Notes: generated by a model not told the origin, from the letters alone. A stretch of 64,000 nucleotides of DNA from an uncultured Candidatus Rokubacteria bacterium (GCA_963747235.1 CAVVEU010000017.1:64001-128000), one strand, 5' to 3'; shown: positions 42,824-53,247, counted from the first letter of the stretch. A program made the numbers and translations.

Positions 42824-43982
42824 CTAGGGCGCCGTCAGGTTGTAGAGCCGCGCGCAGTTGTCCCAGAGGATCTTCGACTTCGACTTGTCGGTGACGCCGT
42901 CCAGGTGCACGAACTCCTCGATCGCCTTCGGGAAGAGCCCGTCCGAGTGCGGGTAGTCGGTCGAGACGACGATGTTGTCGTCGCCGATCGCCTCGATGAC
43001 CTGGCGGAGCGGCTTCTCGTCGGCGTCGGTGGCGATCACGCACTGCCGGAAGAAGTACTGGCTGGGCGTCTGCGCGATCTGGATCTCGGAGCCGGGGCCG
43101 AACTTCTCCCACGCCTCGTCGAGCCGCCACAGGTACCAGGGCAGCCAGCCGCACGTGCCCTCGAGGAACGCGCAGCGCAGGCCGGGATGCCGCTCGAGGA
43201 CGCCGCCGGCGGCCATGCTGCCGAAGGCCATCATCAGCTCGACGGGGTTGCGGCCGGCCACGCCGATGACGCGGCCGTTCGGGGTGTCGAGGTAGCGGCG
43301 GGCGATGTCGTCGCGCAGCGACGCCTGCCCGGTCGGGTGGAAGCCGACCGGCACGCCGAGCTCCTCGATGGCGGCCCACAGCGGCTCCATCTGCGGGTCG
43401 TGGACGTGGCGGCCGTTGATCGGGTTCGGGTTGCCGATGACCGCCACCGCGCCGAGCTGGCGCACCGCGCGCCGGGCCTCCGCGATCGCGCCGGGCACGT
43501 CGTGGAACGCCACCTGGGCGGCGAACTTGAGGCGCGACGGCTCGTACTGGCAGTAGTCGTACGTCCAGTCGTTGTGCGCGCGGGCCAGCGCGGAGGCGAC
43601 CGCCGGGTCGAGGTCGTCGTGCATGAGCACCTGGCGCCCGCGCGTGCCGTAGAGGACGGCCACGTCGATGCCCTCGATGTCCATGGCCTGGATGTGGGAC
43701 TCGGCGTCGTAGCCGCGCGCGTGCGCGATCTCGTAGTGCGGCGACCGCGCGAAGGCGCGCTGGTGGAGATCCTTGCCGACGACGCGCGGTGCGCGCCCGC
43801 TTGGACATCTCGCCCAGCTCGAGGTCGCCGATCTTGATGACCGGCTGATTCGGCGAGTTCGCGCTGTTGCGGAGGAATTGCGGCGCGAACTGCTTGAACG
43901 GCTCGGCGAGGTAGCGCTCCCAGAGGCCGTCGGGCTCCATCGTGTGCAGATCCGAGTCCATGACCTTGAAGCCGTTCTTCAT
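42824..43982 (-). CDS. Amidohydrolase_2 family protein (frameshift near 43785)
   Basis: DSDLHTMEP, MDIEGID, STDYPHSD. Confidence 0.9.
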
Positions 43983-43995
43983 CGCGGGTCCTCCT

Positions 43996-45160
43996 CTACT
44001 TGCTCTTGAAGGCCGGCATGACCTGCGCCGAGAAGCGCTCGAGCTGCTCGAGGATCACCGCCTGCGGCGTGCCGACCGGCTGGCCCACGTTGACGACCTC
44101 GAGGCCGGGGTACTTGTGCTGGATCTCCATGAGCTGCTCGGTGATGAGCTCGGGCGGCCCGATCAGCCACGAGCCCGCCTTGACCGCGTTCCGCAGGGTC
44201 GGCAGGTTGGCCTGACGCGCCCGCTTCGGGTCGGCCACCGCGTCGATCTGCTCGGGCGTGAGCCCGGGCACGAAGCCGAGCGGGGCGAACATCTTGATGT
44301 TCTCCTCGAAGAACGGCGTCGCTTCCTTGATGCCCTGCTCGACGCTGTCGGCGATGTGGAACGAGAACCCGATGCAGAGCCCCTCGCCCGGCTCGCCCTC
44401 CCGGCCGGCGCGGGCGCGGGACTCGCGGAAGGCCTGGACCACCTTCTCGTTGGCGCCGCCGGGCGCCGCGCCGCCGCCGATGATGCCCCGGATGTCGTGC
44501 TTGGCCATGAAGTCGAGCGCCCGCGGGCTCGCGCTGACCACCGGCTGCCAGCACTCGACCGGCAGCGTCTTCGGCCGCGGCACCAGGGTGATCTCCTCGA
44601 GCTCGTAGCCGCGGTAGGGGACCCGCGGCGGGATCGTGTAGTGCTTGCCCTGGTGCGAGAAGGCGCGCTGGTTGAACGACTTGAAGATCAGGTCGACCTG
44701 CTCCTCGAAGAGCTCGCGGTTGGCGTTCTGATCGAGCAGCGGCGCCCCGAAGGCCTCGACCTCGCGGGTGTGGTAGCCGCGCCCGACGCCGAACACGACG
44801 CGGCCGCCGGTCAGCCGGTCCACGGTGGCGAAGTCCTCGGCCATCCGGATCGGGTGCCACATCGGCGCGATGTTGAAGCCGCAGCCGACGCGGATGTTCT
44901 TCGTGAGGTGGCAGAGGTGCAGGGCCAGCATCAGCACGTTCGGGATGCACTCGTAGCCCTCGCGCTGGAAGTGGTGTTCCGCCAGCCAGAAGATGTCATA
45001 GCCGGTGCGGTCCATCAGCTTCGCGATGGCCTCGCTCTTCGGGAAACACCGTCGCCAGGCGCTCGTCGGAGAGCCAGCGATCGTTCGCGGGCGTGCCGTC
45101 GAAGCCCTCGTCGTCCAGATCCACGTGGCCCGCGAACAGGCTGCCGAAGCTCGTGATCAT
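43996..45160 (-). CDS. LLM class flavin-dependent oxidoreductase (frameshift near 45040)
   Basis: WLAEHHFQREGYE, WHPIRMAED, GVGRGY. Confidence 0.9.
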
Positions 45161-45171
45161 GATGGCTCCCC

Positions 45172-46357
45172 TCAGGACAGCTTGTAGGCCCGGGCGACGT
45201 TCTCGCCCAGGATGGCGCGGCGTCCCGAGTCCGGCATCGGCGCGACCATCTCGCGCGAGCTCCTCGAGGTAGTTGCCGGGATGATCGGGATGCGGGTAGT
45301 CGCTCGCCCAGAAGAACTTGTCCTCGCCGACGAGCTGCATCATGGCGGGGATCGTGCGCTCGTCCGGATCGGCGGAGATGTAGCACTGGCGCTTGAAGTA
45401 GTGCGACGGCTTCTCCTTGAGCCGGACGGTGGCGCCGAGCGTGGTCCCGCCGAAGATGGCGTCGGCGCGGTCCAGGAAGTAGCCGATCCAGCCGGCCTGC
45501 GATTCGAGGACCACCACCCGGAGGCGCGGGAAGCGGTCGAAGACCCCGAGCTGGAAGAAGGTGGCGAAGGCCTGCTGCACGCCGTGGCCCGCGAAGAGGT
45601 CGAAGTACCACACCGCCCAGCCGAACTTGTCGTAGCGGTGATGCACGTTCCAGGCGGGCGGCTCGAAGGTGGGGTGGATCGCGAGCGGCACGTCCAGGTC
45701 CTGCGCGGCCGCGAAGACCGCGTCGTGGTCAGGCGCGCCGTGGGGCACGCGCGTGATCGTGAACGGGCACACGAAGGCCCCGCGGCAGCCGTCGCGCACC
45801 GCGCGCTCGAGCTCCCGGGCCGCCTCGGCGGGATCGCCCAGCGAGAGATGCGCGATGGGAATCAGCCGGCCCCCGGAGTCGCGGCAGAAATCGGCGATCC
45901 AGCGGTTGTACGCGCGGCAGTAGGCGCCGGACAGCTCGGGGTCCATCAGCTCGGCTTCCCAGAGGAGCCCGATCGTCGGATAGAGGATCGCCTTCGCCAT
46001 GCCCTCGCGATCGAGGAGCTGCACGCGCTCGGCCATGTCCATGGTGCCGAACGCGGCGCCGCGCAGGTAGGTCTGCTCCGGCCCCGGGCGGATCCCCCGC
46101 ATGTCCTCCGGGCGGATCTCGCCGGCCATGGCCCGCTCGCGCAGCAGGCGCGCCTCGTCCACCCGCTTGCCCATCCCGCCCAGCGTGCCGAGCTGGCCGG
46201 GGCGCGGCAGGGTGGCGCGCCGGCCGTCGATCTCCAGGTACTCGTAGTCGTCGTCGCCGACCCGGATCCGGATGGCGCGGCTCCTGTAGCGCGCCTCGAG
46301 ATACTTCTCCCACAGGTCGGGCGGCTCGAGGATGTGCCCGTCGCAATCGATGATCAT
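45172..46357 (-). CDS. Amidohydrolase_2 family protein (frameshift near 45255)
   Basis: IDCDGHILEP, LYPT, WASDYPHPD. Confidence 0.9.
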
Positions 46358-46381
46358 CGCGCTGGTACAATACCCGAACCC

Positions 46382-47386
46382 ATGAAGCTCGGCACCTCCG
46401 TTCGGTTCCTCTTCCCGACGTCGCCGGCCACCCACGAGCGATTCAGGAGCCTGCTCGCGTCGATGCCGAAGGGCGCCTTCATCGAGCGGCCGATGGGCGC
46501 CTACGCGCCGGACGAGCAGGCGCGCAACCTGATGGAGGTCGCCGCCGCGGCCCGCGCGGCCGGCCTCGACGCGCTGCTGACCGGCGACAGCCATGGCGGC
46601 AATCCCGCCTACGCCGCGACGTTCTCCCCGCTGCCCACCGTCGCGCGCCTGATGAGCGTGACCGGCGACATGCCCATCGGCGTGGTCCTGCTCGCGCCCT
46701 TCTATCACCCGGTGCTGCTGGCCGAGCAGATCGGCACGCTCGCCGCGTTCGCGGGCGGGCCGCTGATCGTGACCTTCGTGCTGGGCGGCCGCCCGCCGCA
46801 GTTCGCCGCCTTCGGCATGGAGGAGAAGAGCCGGGTCGGCCGCCTCGCGGAAGTGGTGCCGATCACGCGCGCGCTCCTGGCCGGCGAGCGCGTCACCCAC
46901 CGCGGCCGCTACTTCACGCTGGAGGGCGCCACCATCAGCCCGCTGCCGCGCGTCCCGGTGGAGATCTGGCTCGGCGGGACGGTGGCGGCGTCGGCCGAGC
47001 GCGCCGGGCAGATGGGCGACGCCTGGCTGACCGGCCAGAACGCGACGGACGAGGAGCTGCGGCGCCAGCTCGATCTCTACCGCGAAGCGGCGACGCGCGC
47101 CGGACGCTCACCACGCCCGGTCCTGCGCCGCGACATCTACGTCGGCGAGTCCGACGAGGAGGCGCGCGCCGTCGTCGGCGCCATCCTCGCCGAAGGCTAT
47201 CGCGGCACCGGCGTCGACCAGCTCCTCGTGGGCAGCGCGGAGACCGTCGTCGACAGCCTCCGTCGCTACCGGAGCATGGGCTTCGACTACGTGATGGTGC
47301 GGCACGTCGTCGGCGACCACCAGCTCATGCTGCGCTCGTTCGAGCGCATCGGCCGCGACGTGATGCCGCGGATCCGGGATCTTTGA
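46382..47386 (+). CDS. LLM class flavin-dependent oxidoreductase
   Basis: GDSH, HPVLLAEQIGTL, IWLGG, DVMP. Confidence 0.9.
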   Translation: MKLGTSVRFLFPTSPATHERFRSLLASMPKGAFIERPMGAYAPDEQARNLMEVAAAARAAGLDALLTGDSHGGNPAYAATFSPLPTVARLMSVTGDMPIGVVLLAPFYHPVLLAEQIGTLAAFAGGPLIVTFVLGGRPPQFAAFGMEEKSRVGRLAEVVPITRALLAGERVTHRGRYFTLEGATISPLPRVPVEIWLGGTVAASAERAGQMGDAWLTGQNATDEELRRQLDLYREAATRAGRSPRPVLRRDIYVGESDEEARAVVGAILAEGYRGTGVDQLLVGSAETVVDSLRRYRSMGFDYVMVRHVVGDHQLMLRSFERIGRDVMPRIRDL

Positions 47387-47458
47387 GGGCGATCATCCTG
47401 ACGCGGTTGTGGCCGCGTGGCGTCCGACGACTGTCACTTCCGGGCGGGTCCGGGTTTC

Positions 47459-47556
47459 CAAGTAGCTGACTTCTAGGTCTTCTCGCGCTGGCCTGGCTCT
47501 TGCTGATTCTCTGCTGGGGTCCGGGACGGAGCCCGCGGTCGCCCAGGCTGGTGCCC
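47459..47556 (+). promoter_or_regulatory. IHF-like site, sigma-54 promoter and conserved leader (copy 1)
   Basis: revcomp AGTCAGCTACTTG (47459-71); TGGCCTGGCTCTTGCT (47489-504); 42-nt leader 47515-56 shared with 50703-43. Confidence 0.75.
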
Positions 47557-47631
47557 TCCTTGTTCGGTCCAGATCTTCGCATTGGCCGCGGCTCCTCCGT
47601 CCCGGGCCAACCACGATCCGCGGAGGTGGTC

Positions 47632-47976
47632 ATGAAGACACCGCTCCTCGTCGTTGCCGCAGCAGGGCTCTTCTGTGGATTCACCGCCACGCCGGAGTTC
47701 GAGCGCAAGACGAGAGAGAACGTCAGCGACTCGATCACCGTGGCGACCCAGGAGTGCTGGAGCAAGCTCAAGGGCAAGGCTCAGGTGGAGTGGTACCGGC
47801 ACCTGCGGGCGATCGACGAGCCCGGCCGAGCGGACGCGGTCATGATGTCGACGATGCGATCGGTCGAGCAGTGTGTCGCCAGCGCCGCCGGCTCCCCGGA
47901 GTACGCCCCGAGCCTCTGGAAGACGGTCGACACATTCGTGCAGCAGCGCTTCGGCACCCACCGGCGCGCCGGATAA
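47632..47976 (+). CDS. Small putative exported protein (114 aa)
   Basis: GGAGG RBS, short hydrophobic N-terminus, helical body with two Cys; paralog remnant at 50746. Confidence 0.75.
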   Translation: MKTPLLVVAAAGLFCGFTATPEFERKTRENVSDSITVATQECWSKLKGKAQVEWYRHLRAIDEPGRADAVMMSTMRSVEQCVASAAGSPEYAPSLWKTVDTFVQQRFGTHRRAG

Positions 47977-47978
47977 GG

Positions 47979-48240
47979 TCAGCGCAGGGGCGGCCGCGGA
48001 ACGGGGATCGAAGCGCCGCGGTCCCACAGCTGCCGCAGCACCCGGCGCCGCTCCAGCTCGAGCTGGTCGAGGGCCTCCAGGGCCGAGGGCGCCTCGGCCG
48101 ACACAGCCGGGCAGCTCCGGATGCTCCGCCCGGCGCAGCCACTCGCCCCCGCGCTCGACCGACTCGAGCACCAGCAGGTACGGCACCGCCTCGTAGTACG
48201 CGAGCGGTCCGCCGGTCGCTCCCTTCAGAGGCGCGCCCAT
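47979..48240 (-). CDS. HicB-like N-terminal domain protein (frameshift near 48100)
   Basis: PYLLVL...AEHPELPGCV(A)EAPSALEALDQL...GASIPVP matches the HicB pattern; no DNA-binding C-domain. Confidence 0.7.
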
Positions 48241-48250
48241 CAGACGCCCA

Positions 48251-49556
48251 TCAGACGAACGGCACCCACGCGATGGGCACGCCGGCGTCGGACTGGCGCG
48301 CCTTCTCCGTCGCGCTGATCCAGCTCGCGCCGTCCGGCAAGACCGCCGAGGCCGGCCGCACCCGGTAGAGGCTCGGGTCGTCCACGTTGGCGGGCAGCGC
48401 GCCCTGGTCCCGCAGCGCCCTGGCGGCCTCGAGGAGCCGGCGCCGCACGAAGATCACCATGGCGTCGGTGGTGCCGAGGTGCTCCTGCGTCCGGTCGTAG
48501 ATCGGCCCCATCGTCTCGGTCATCGCCCGGTCTTGCAGGTTGCCGAGGAACGGGATGCCGAGGGTCAGCTCCTTCTGCAGCTCGTAGTCGACGCTTGTAG
48601 TCGTTGTGGATGTTGGCCGCGGTGTAGAAGCGGCGGTGCGGATCGCCGCCCGACTCGACGTAGCCGCCCCAGGAGGCGAAGGGATCGCGCACCTGCCGCG
48701 CTTCCTCCTCGGTCACCGGCCGGTCGAGCCGCGCGCGCATCACGAACTGGAGATTGTAGTGGTCGTCGAGCGGCACCCAGGCCCGCGCCGAGACGATGTG
48801 GGGATCGCTCGCCGCGATCATCGAGTAGAACGGCAGGATGAACTGGGTGATGCGGTGCCAGTACAGGCCCTCGACGTCCGAGCGCCGCCGGGCCGAGTAG
48901 CAGGCGCCGTAGTCCGTGGGCAGCACCTCGAGCCGCGGCCGCTTGTCCCGGTGGAACGTGCCGCGCTGCTTGCGTGTCGGGCGTGCGCTTGGCGTGCACG
49001 AAGTCGATGTGGGAGGAATCGATGTCGCCCTCGAGCGCCTGCACCCAGTTGCACTCCTCCAGCATCATCAGCGGCGGGTAGACCTGCGTCGGCGGGCAGC
49101 GTGTTGATCTCGAAGGCCGGGAAGGGCGGCGCCGTCTCGCGCGGGCCCATGTAGGTCCAGATCACGCCGTTGACGTCGCGGCACGGATACGCGCGGGCCC
49201 GGATCTTGTCCTTGAAGGTGCTCTCCTCCGGCTCGTTCGGCATGTCCACGCAGCGGCCGGTGACGTCGTACTTCCAGCCGTGGTACGAGCAGCGGAGCCC
49301 GCACTCCTCGTTGCGGCCGAAGAAGAGCGACGCGCCGCGGTGCGGGCAGTTGGCCGCCAGCAGCCCGACCTCGCCCCGCGTGTCGCGAAACGCGATCAGG
49401 TCCTCGCCGAGCAGGCGCACCTTCTTCGGCGGGCAGTCGGGCGCGGGCAGCTCGCTCGAGGGCAGGCACGGCATCCAGTAGTGCCGCAGGAGCTCGCCCA
49501 TGGGCGTTCCGCGTGCCGACCCGGCACAGCAGCTCGTTGTCTTCGCTCGAGAGCAT
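48251..49556 (-). CDS. Rieske non-heme iron oxygenase alpha subunit (phthalate 4,5-dioxygenase/LigXa-like; about 4 frameshifts)
   Basis: CPHRG...CSYHGW, EGDIDSSHIDFVH, QEHLGTTD. Confidence 0.9.
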
Positions 49557-49579
49557 GGGCCGCCTCCTCTGACCGTCTC

Positions 49580-50544
49580 CTATTGCCAGACCGCGAAGGC
49601 CATCCCGACGCCGGAGCCGGCCTCGGACCGGTAGGACGGGACGTAGTCCACGAGGCGCATCGCCAGGTGCTCGGCCGCGCCGGCGGTCGCGATCCAGTTG
49701 CGGATCTCGGAGTTGCCGGACTCGAAGCTGCGCCGCCGGCAGCGCGCTCAGCGCCTCGCCGTCCTTCTTGGCGAGCAGGTCGAGCACGTGCCGGTCCAGC
49801 TCCTCGTCGACGAAGAAGTGGCTGAGCCCGCCCGAGGCCACGACGGCCACGCGCTTGCGCGACCGGCCAGGCCTCGATCGCCTGCCGGATGGCCCGCCCG
49901 AGCTGGTAGCAGCGCCTCGGCGTCGGCTGGTTCGGCGGATAGTACGTGTTGAGCAGGACCGGCACGATGGGCACCACGCGGTCGCCCATGAGCCGCTGGT
50001 GCACGAAGCTCCAGGCGTGGCCGAAGGGGCCGTGGCGCGGCTGCACGCGGATGTGGGCCACGTCGAAGTCGAACTCGTGCGTGAGCGTCTCGACCAGGTG
50101 CCGGCCGAGGGCCGCGTCCACCGGGAACGTCCGGTTCGCGCCGTCGCCGTAGAGGCCCCAGTAGGAGAGCCGGCGCAGGGCCGGCACGCTCTCGACCGGC
50201 GGCGGCAGGTTCTCGACGGACTCGCCCCAGTAGATGCAGAGCGCCGGCTGATTGTCCGGGCTGAACCACTCGTGCTGGTCGTCGCCGATCACGACGACCA
50301 CGTCGGGCGCTTCGTCGGCGAGGACGCCGCCCAGCTGCCGGATGGCCGCCTGCGTCGCCTCGTGGCGGGCCCGCGTCACCTCGGGCGCGAGCTCGCGGCC
50401 GATCCACGCGGCGCTCTCGCGCGCCTTCGCGGCGAACTCCGGCAGGCGCGCGCGGTCCAGATCGCCGAGCCCCGCGAAGGCTTCGTGGGGCGTGCTCAGC
50501 ATCGGGCTGTGCGAGCTGCCGATGCCGAGGGTGACCTCCGCCAT
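49580..50544 (-). CDS. LigB-like class III extradiol dioxygenase (frameshifts near 49860 and 49730)
   Basis: SSHSP, IGDDQHE, GHAW, PPNQPTP, ASGGLSHF, GNSEIRNW. Confidence 0.9.
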
Positions 50545-50554
50545 GATGCGCCCG

Positions 50555-50583
50555 AGAATCTGCCGCGAGCGACGCCATGTCAA
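50555..50583 (-). promoter_or_regulatory. sigma-70 promoter of ligB-Rieske operon
   Basis: TTGACA-N17-GATTCT, 10 nt before ATG. Confidence 0.6.
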
Positions 50584-50646
50584 GCGACCGGCTCACGTTC
50601 GGCACCCGGGTGACAGTCCTCGACGGCGGGCCGGGCCGGGCTCCTG

Positions 50647-50743
50647 TAACTAGCTGATTCCGGGATCGTCCAGCGATGGCTTGGCTCTTGCCCCGCTCCG
50701 AGTGGGGTCCGGGACGGAGCCCACGGTCGCCAGGCTGGCGCCC
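50647..50743 (+). promoter_or_regulatory. IHF site, sigma-54 promoter and conserved leader (copy 2)
   Basis: revcomp AATCAGCTAGTTA = WATCARN4TTR; TGGCTTGGCTCTTGC (50677-91); leader 50703-43. Confidence 0.75.
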
Positions 50744-50745
50744 GG

Positions 50746-50883
50746 GCGGATGCGGTCGTGGCGTCGACGGCGAGCTCGGTCGCCCTATGCGTCGCCGACG
50801 CCGCAGCTTCCCGGGAGCCCGACCCGAGCATCCGGCCGATCGTCGACGCGTTCGTGAAGCACCACTTCGACTACACCCGGTAG
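50746..50883 (+). pseudogene. 3' remnant of a paralog of the 47632 gene
   Basis: ADAVVASTASSVALCVADAAASREPDPSIRPIVDAFVKHHF aligns with ADAVMMSTMRSVEQCVASAAGSPEYAPSLWKTVDTFVQQRF. Confidence 0.8.
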
Positions 50884-51965
50884 CGCTTGAGCGCGTCGGG
50901 ATCCACCGTCGCGCCGAAGCCCGGGTGATCCCCGAGCCGGACGGCGCCGCCGTCGAGCCGCACCGGCTCGACGACCACATCGCCGGCCATCTTCAGCGGC
51001 CCCACCGCCTCGCAGCCGTCGACGATCGCCTCGCTCACCGCGGCCACCGCGGCTTCCGCGAGGGTCGACAGCGTCAGCCCGAAGCCGTGCCCGATCACGA
51101 CGCGCAGGCCGGCGGCGGATGCCAGCTCCACCATGGCGAGCGTGCGGAGCAGGCCCCCCTGCTTCATGACCTTCACCTTCACCAGGTCGGCCGCCTCGCG
51201 CCGGATGATCTCGACCAGCGAGGCGGGGCCGGTCACGCTCTCGTCCGCCATGAGCGGGATGCCGATGGCCCGGCGGATCTCGGCGAGCCCGGCGATCTCC
51301 GCGCGCGGGATGGGCTGCTCGACCAGCGTCAGGTCGTAGGGCTCGAGGCGCCGGATGAACGGCGCCGCCTCCGCCGGCCGCAGGCTCTCGTTGAAGTCGA
51401 CGCGCAGGGCCATCCGCGGGCCGACCGCCGCCCGCACGGCGGCCACGCGCGCGATTCCCTCGGGCGTGGCGCCGGACACCTTGATCTTGGCCGAGCGGAA
51501 GCCCCGCCCGAGCCAGGCCGTCGCCTCCCGCGCGGCCTGCTCGGGCGGCACCGTGCCGATCCAGGCGTTGAACGCGATCTCGTCCTTCACGCGCCCACCC
51601 AGGAGCGAGTGGACGGGCACGCCGAGGGCGCGCGCCTTCAGGTCGACGAGGGCCATCTCGACCACCGCGATCGCCTCGGAGCGTCCCGGCGCCTCGCGGT
51701 CCATGGCGGCGAGGGCGCGGCGCAGGTTGAACGGATCCGCCCCGGTCAGCGCCGGGGCGATCCGCCGGACGGTGTCCCGGACCTCCGCCGCCGACATGGC
51801 CGAGTAGCCCGGCGTGGGATCGACGTTGCCCCAGCCCTCGACGCCGTCGTCGCTACCGACGCGCACGAGCACGCTGCGCTGGACGGTGGTGACGCCGTGC
51901 ACGCCGTGGACCGGCTCGCGTAGCGGCACGTCGACCAGGATCGGCTCGATGGCGACGATGCGCAT
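50871..51965 (-). CDS. Mandelate racemase/muconate cycloisomerase family enzyme
   Basis: KIKV, RVDFNE, VEQP, MADES, KVMKQGG. Confidence 0.92.
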   Translation of the reverse strand: MRIVAIEPILVDVPLREPVHGVHGVTTVQRSVLVRVGSDDGVEGWGNVDPTPGYSAMSAAEVRDTVRRIAPALTGADPFNLRRALAAMDREAPGRSEAIAVVEMALVDLKARALGVPVHSLLGGRVKDEIAFNAWIGTVPPEQAAREATAWLGRGFRSAKIKVSGATPEGIARVAAVRAAVGPRMALRVDFNESLRPAEAAPFIRRLEPYDLTLVEQPIPRAEIAGLAEIRRAIGIPLMADESVTGPASLVEIIRREAADLVKVKVMKQGGLLRTLAMVELASAAGLRVVIGHGFGLTLSTLAEAAVAAVSEAIVDGCEAVGPLKMAGDVVVEPVRLDGGAVRLGDHPGFGATVDPDALKRYRV

Positions 51966-52074
51966 GGCGGAGAGAATCCGCCCGGCGCGGTCCGCCGTCA
52001 AGGGGCCGGGCCGGCGGGGGCCACGCCGGGCGGCGTTGACAACCGTCCTGCCCGAGGCGTATGAGGGAATCGCC

Positions 52075-52593
52075 ATGGCCTTCACGCATCTGCTCGTGCC
52101 GACGGATTTTTCAGAGCCCGCGAACAATGCCCTGCGCTATGCGATCGAGGAAGCGGGGCTCCACCATGCCAAGCTGACGCTCCTCCACGTGCTCCCGGCG
52201 GATACGCAGACGGACGTCCACTACGTCACCGGGGCGCCCGCTCCGGGGCCACAGGGCGGCTTCGATGTACTCGCGGGCGGGCGCGTCGGCGGCTCGGCTT
52301 CCGTGTCGCCACCCGAGATCGTCCGCCGTGACCGGAGCGCGGAAGCGCAGACGCAGCTCCGCGACCTCGTCGCGAATGCCTTCCAGGGCCGGTGGGACGT
52401 CGAGGTCGCCATGGGGCACCCGGCCGACACCATCGTCCGCGTCGCCCAGGAGCGGGGCGCGGATCTCATCGTCATGAGCACCCATGGCCGCACCGGGCTC
52501 CAGCACGTGCTCCTGGGCAGCGTGGCCGAGAAAGTGGTGCGCCTGGCTCCGTGCCCGGTCCTGACGATCAAGCAGCGGGCCGCGCCGGGCTAG
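52075..52593 (+). CDS. Universal stress protein
   Basis: LVPTDFS, DLIVMSTHGRTG...LGSVAEKVVR. Confidence 0.95.
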   Translation: MAFTHLLVPTDFSEPANNALRYAIEEAGLHHAKLTLLHVLPADTQTDVHYVTGAPAPGPQGGFDVLAGGRVGGSASVSPPEIVRRDRSAEAQTQLRDLVANAFQGRWDVEVAMGHPADTIVRVAQERGADLIVMSTHGRTGLQHVLLGSVAEKVVRLAPCPVLTIKQRAAPG

Positions 52594-52612
52594 GGAGTAC
52601 CCTGGCCATCGA

Positions 52613-52972
52613 ATGAAGCTCCTGGTCGCGATCGTCCTGACGGCGACCCTCGTGCTGCTCTCGGGTGGGCCCGGCGCCGCCCAGGAGCTTCGCCTCACCT
52701 TCGAGCGTCAGCCCGACGAGCCCACGTCCCTCGTCCTCGCGGGGACGCTGTCCAACGAGAGCTCTCGTGACGTGGTCGATGTGTGGGTGGGCGCGGAGGC
52801 GTTGAACGCCCGCGGACGCGTCGTCGGCCGGGGACTCGCCTTCGTCAGCCCGCTGCTCCGCGGCCGTGCGGCCACGAAGTTCACCGTCAAGCTGCCGCGG
52901 GTGGAGCAGGTCCAGAGCTTCCGGGTGTTCGTCTCGTCGTTTCGATACTTCGCCGGGGAGGAATCGCCCTAG
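52613..52972 (+). CDS. Exported Ig-like protein (FxLYD-domain-like)
   Basis: Signal peptide; GTLSNES..V.V.AEALNARGRVVG pattern. Confidence 0.7.
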   Translation: MKLLVAIVLTATLVLLSGGPGAAQELRLTFERQPDEPTSLVLAGTLSNESSRDVVDVWVGAEALNARGRVVGRGLAFVSPLLRGRAATKFTVKLPRVEQVQSFRVFVSSFRYFAGEESP

Positions 52973-53247
52973 CGGGCCATCGAAACGCGGCGCGCCTGGT
53001 CGACCAGCTCGCGCGCCTCCGGGGCCATGTACACGGCCTCGCTCCCCAGATCGCCCAGGGCCCGCGCGAGGGCACGGAGACGATCCGCCAGCGGCGCGCG
53101 CAGGTCGATCAGCACCAGGTGCGCGCCCCGCACGACGCAGAGCCCGCCGCCCAGCACCGCGGGCGTCTCGAAGGGCTCCGAGCGGACCTCGACGCCGAGC
53201 CGCTGCGCGGCCTGGACCAGCTCGTCGAGGAGCTGCTGGGCGTCCAC
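52969..53247 (-). CDS. Conserved hypothetical protein (92 aa)
   Basis: LGVEVR...GGLCVVRG..LVLID...YMAP pattern; GC3-biased. Confidence 0.65.
   Translation of the reverse strand: MDAQQLLDELVQAAQRLGVEVRSEPFETPAVLGGGLCVVRGAHLVLIDLRAPLADRLRALARALGDLGSEAVYMAPEARELVDQARRVSMAR

Noticed and set aside
47515-47556. c-di-GMP-I riboswitch
   Set aside because: Only GGGACG..AGCC resembles it; the GCAAA and GAAA tetraloop elements are absent
48251-50544. Pseudogenisation or programmed frameshifting of the oxygenase genes
   Set aside because: All catalytic motifs intact, no slippery heptamers seen, same indel pattern window-wide
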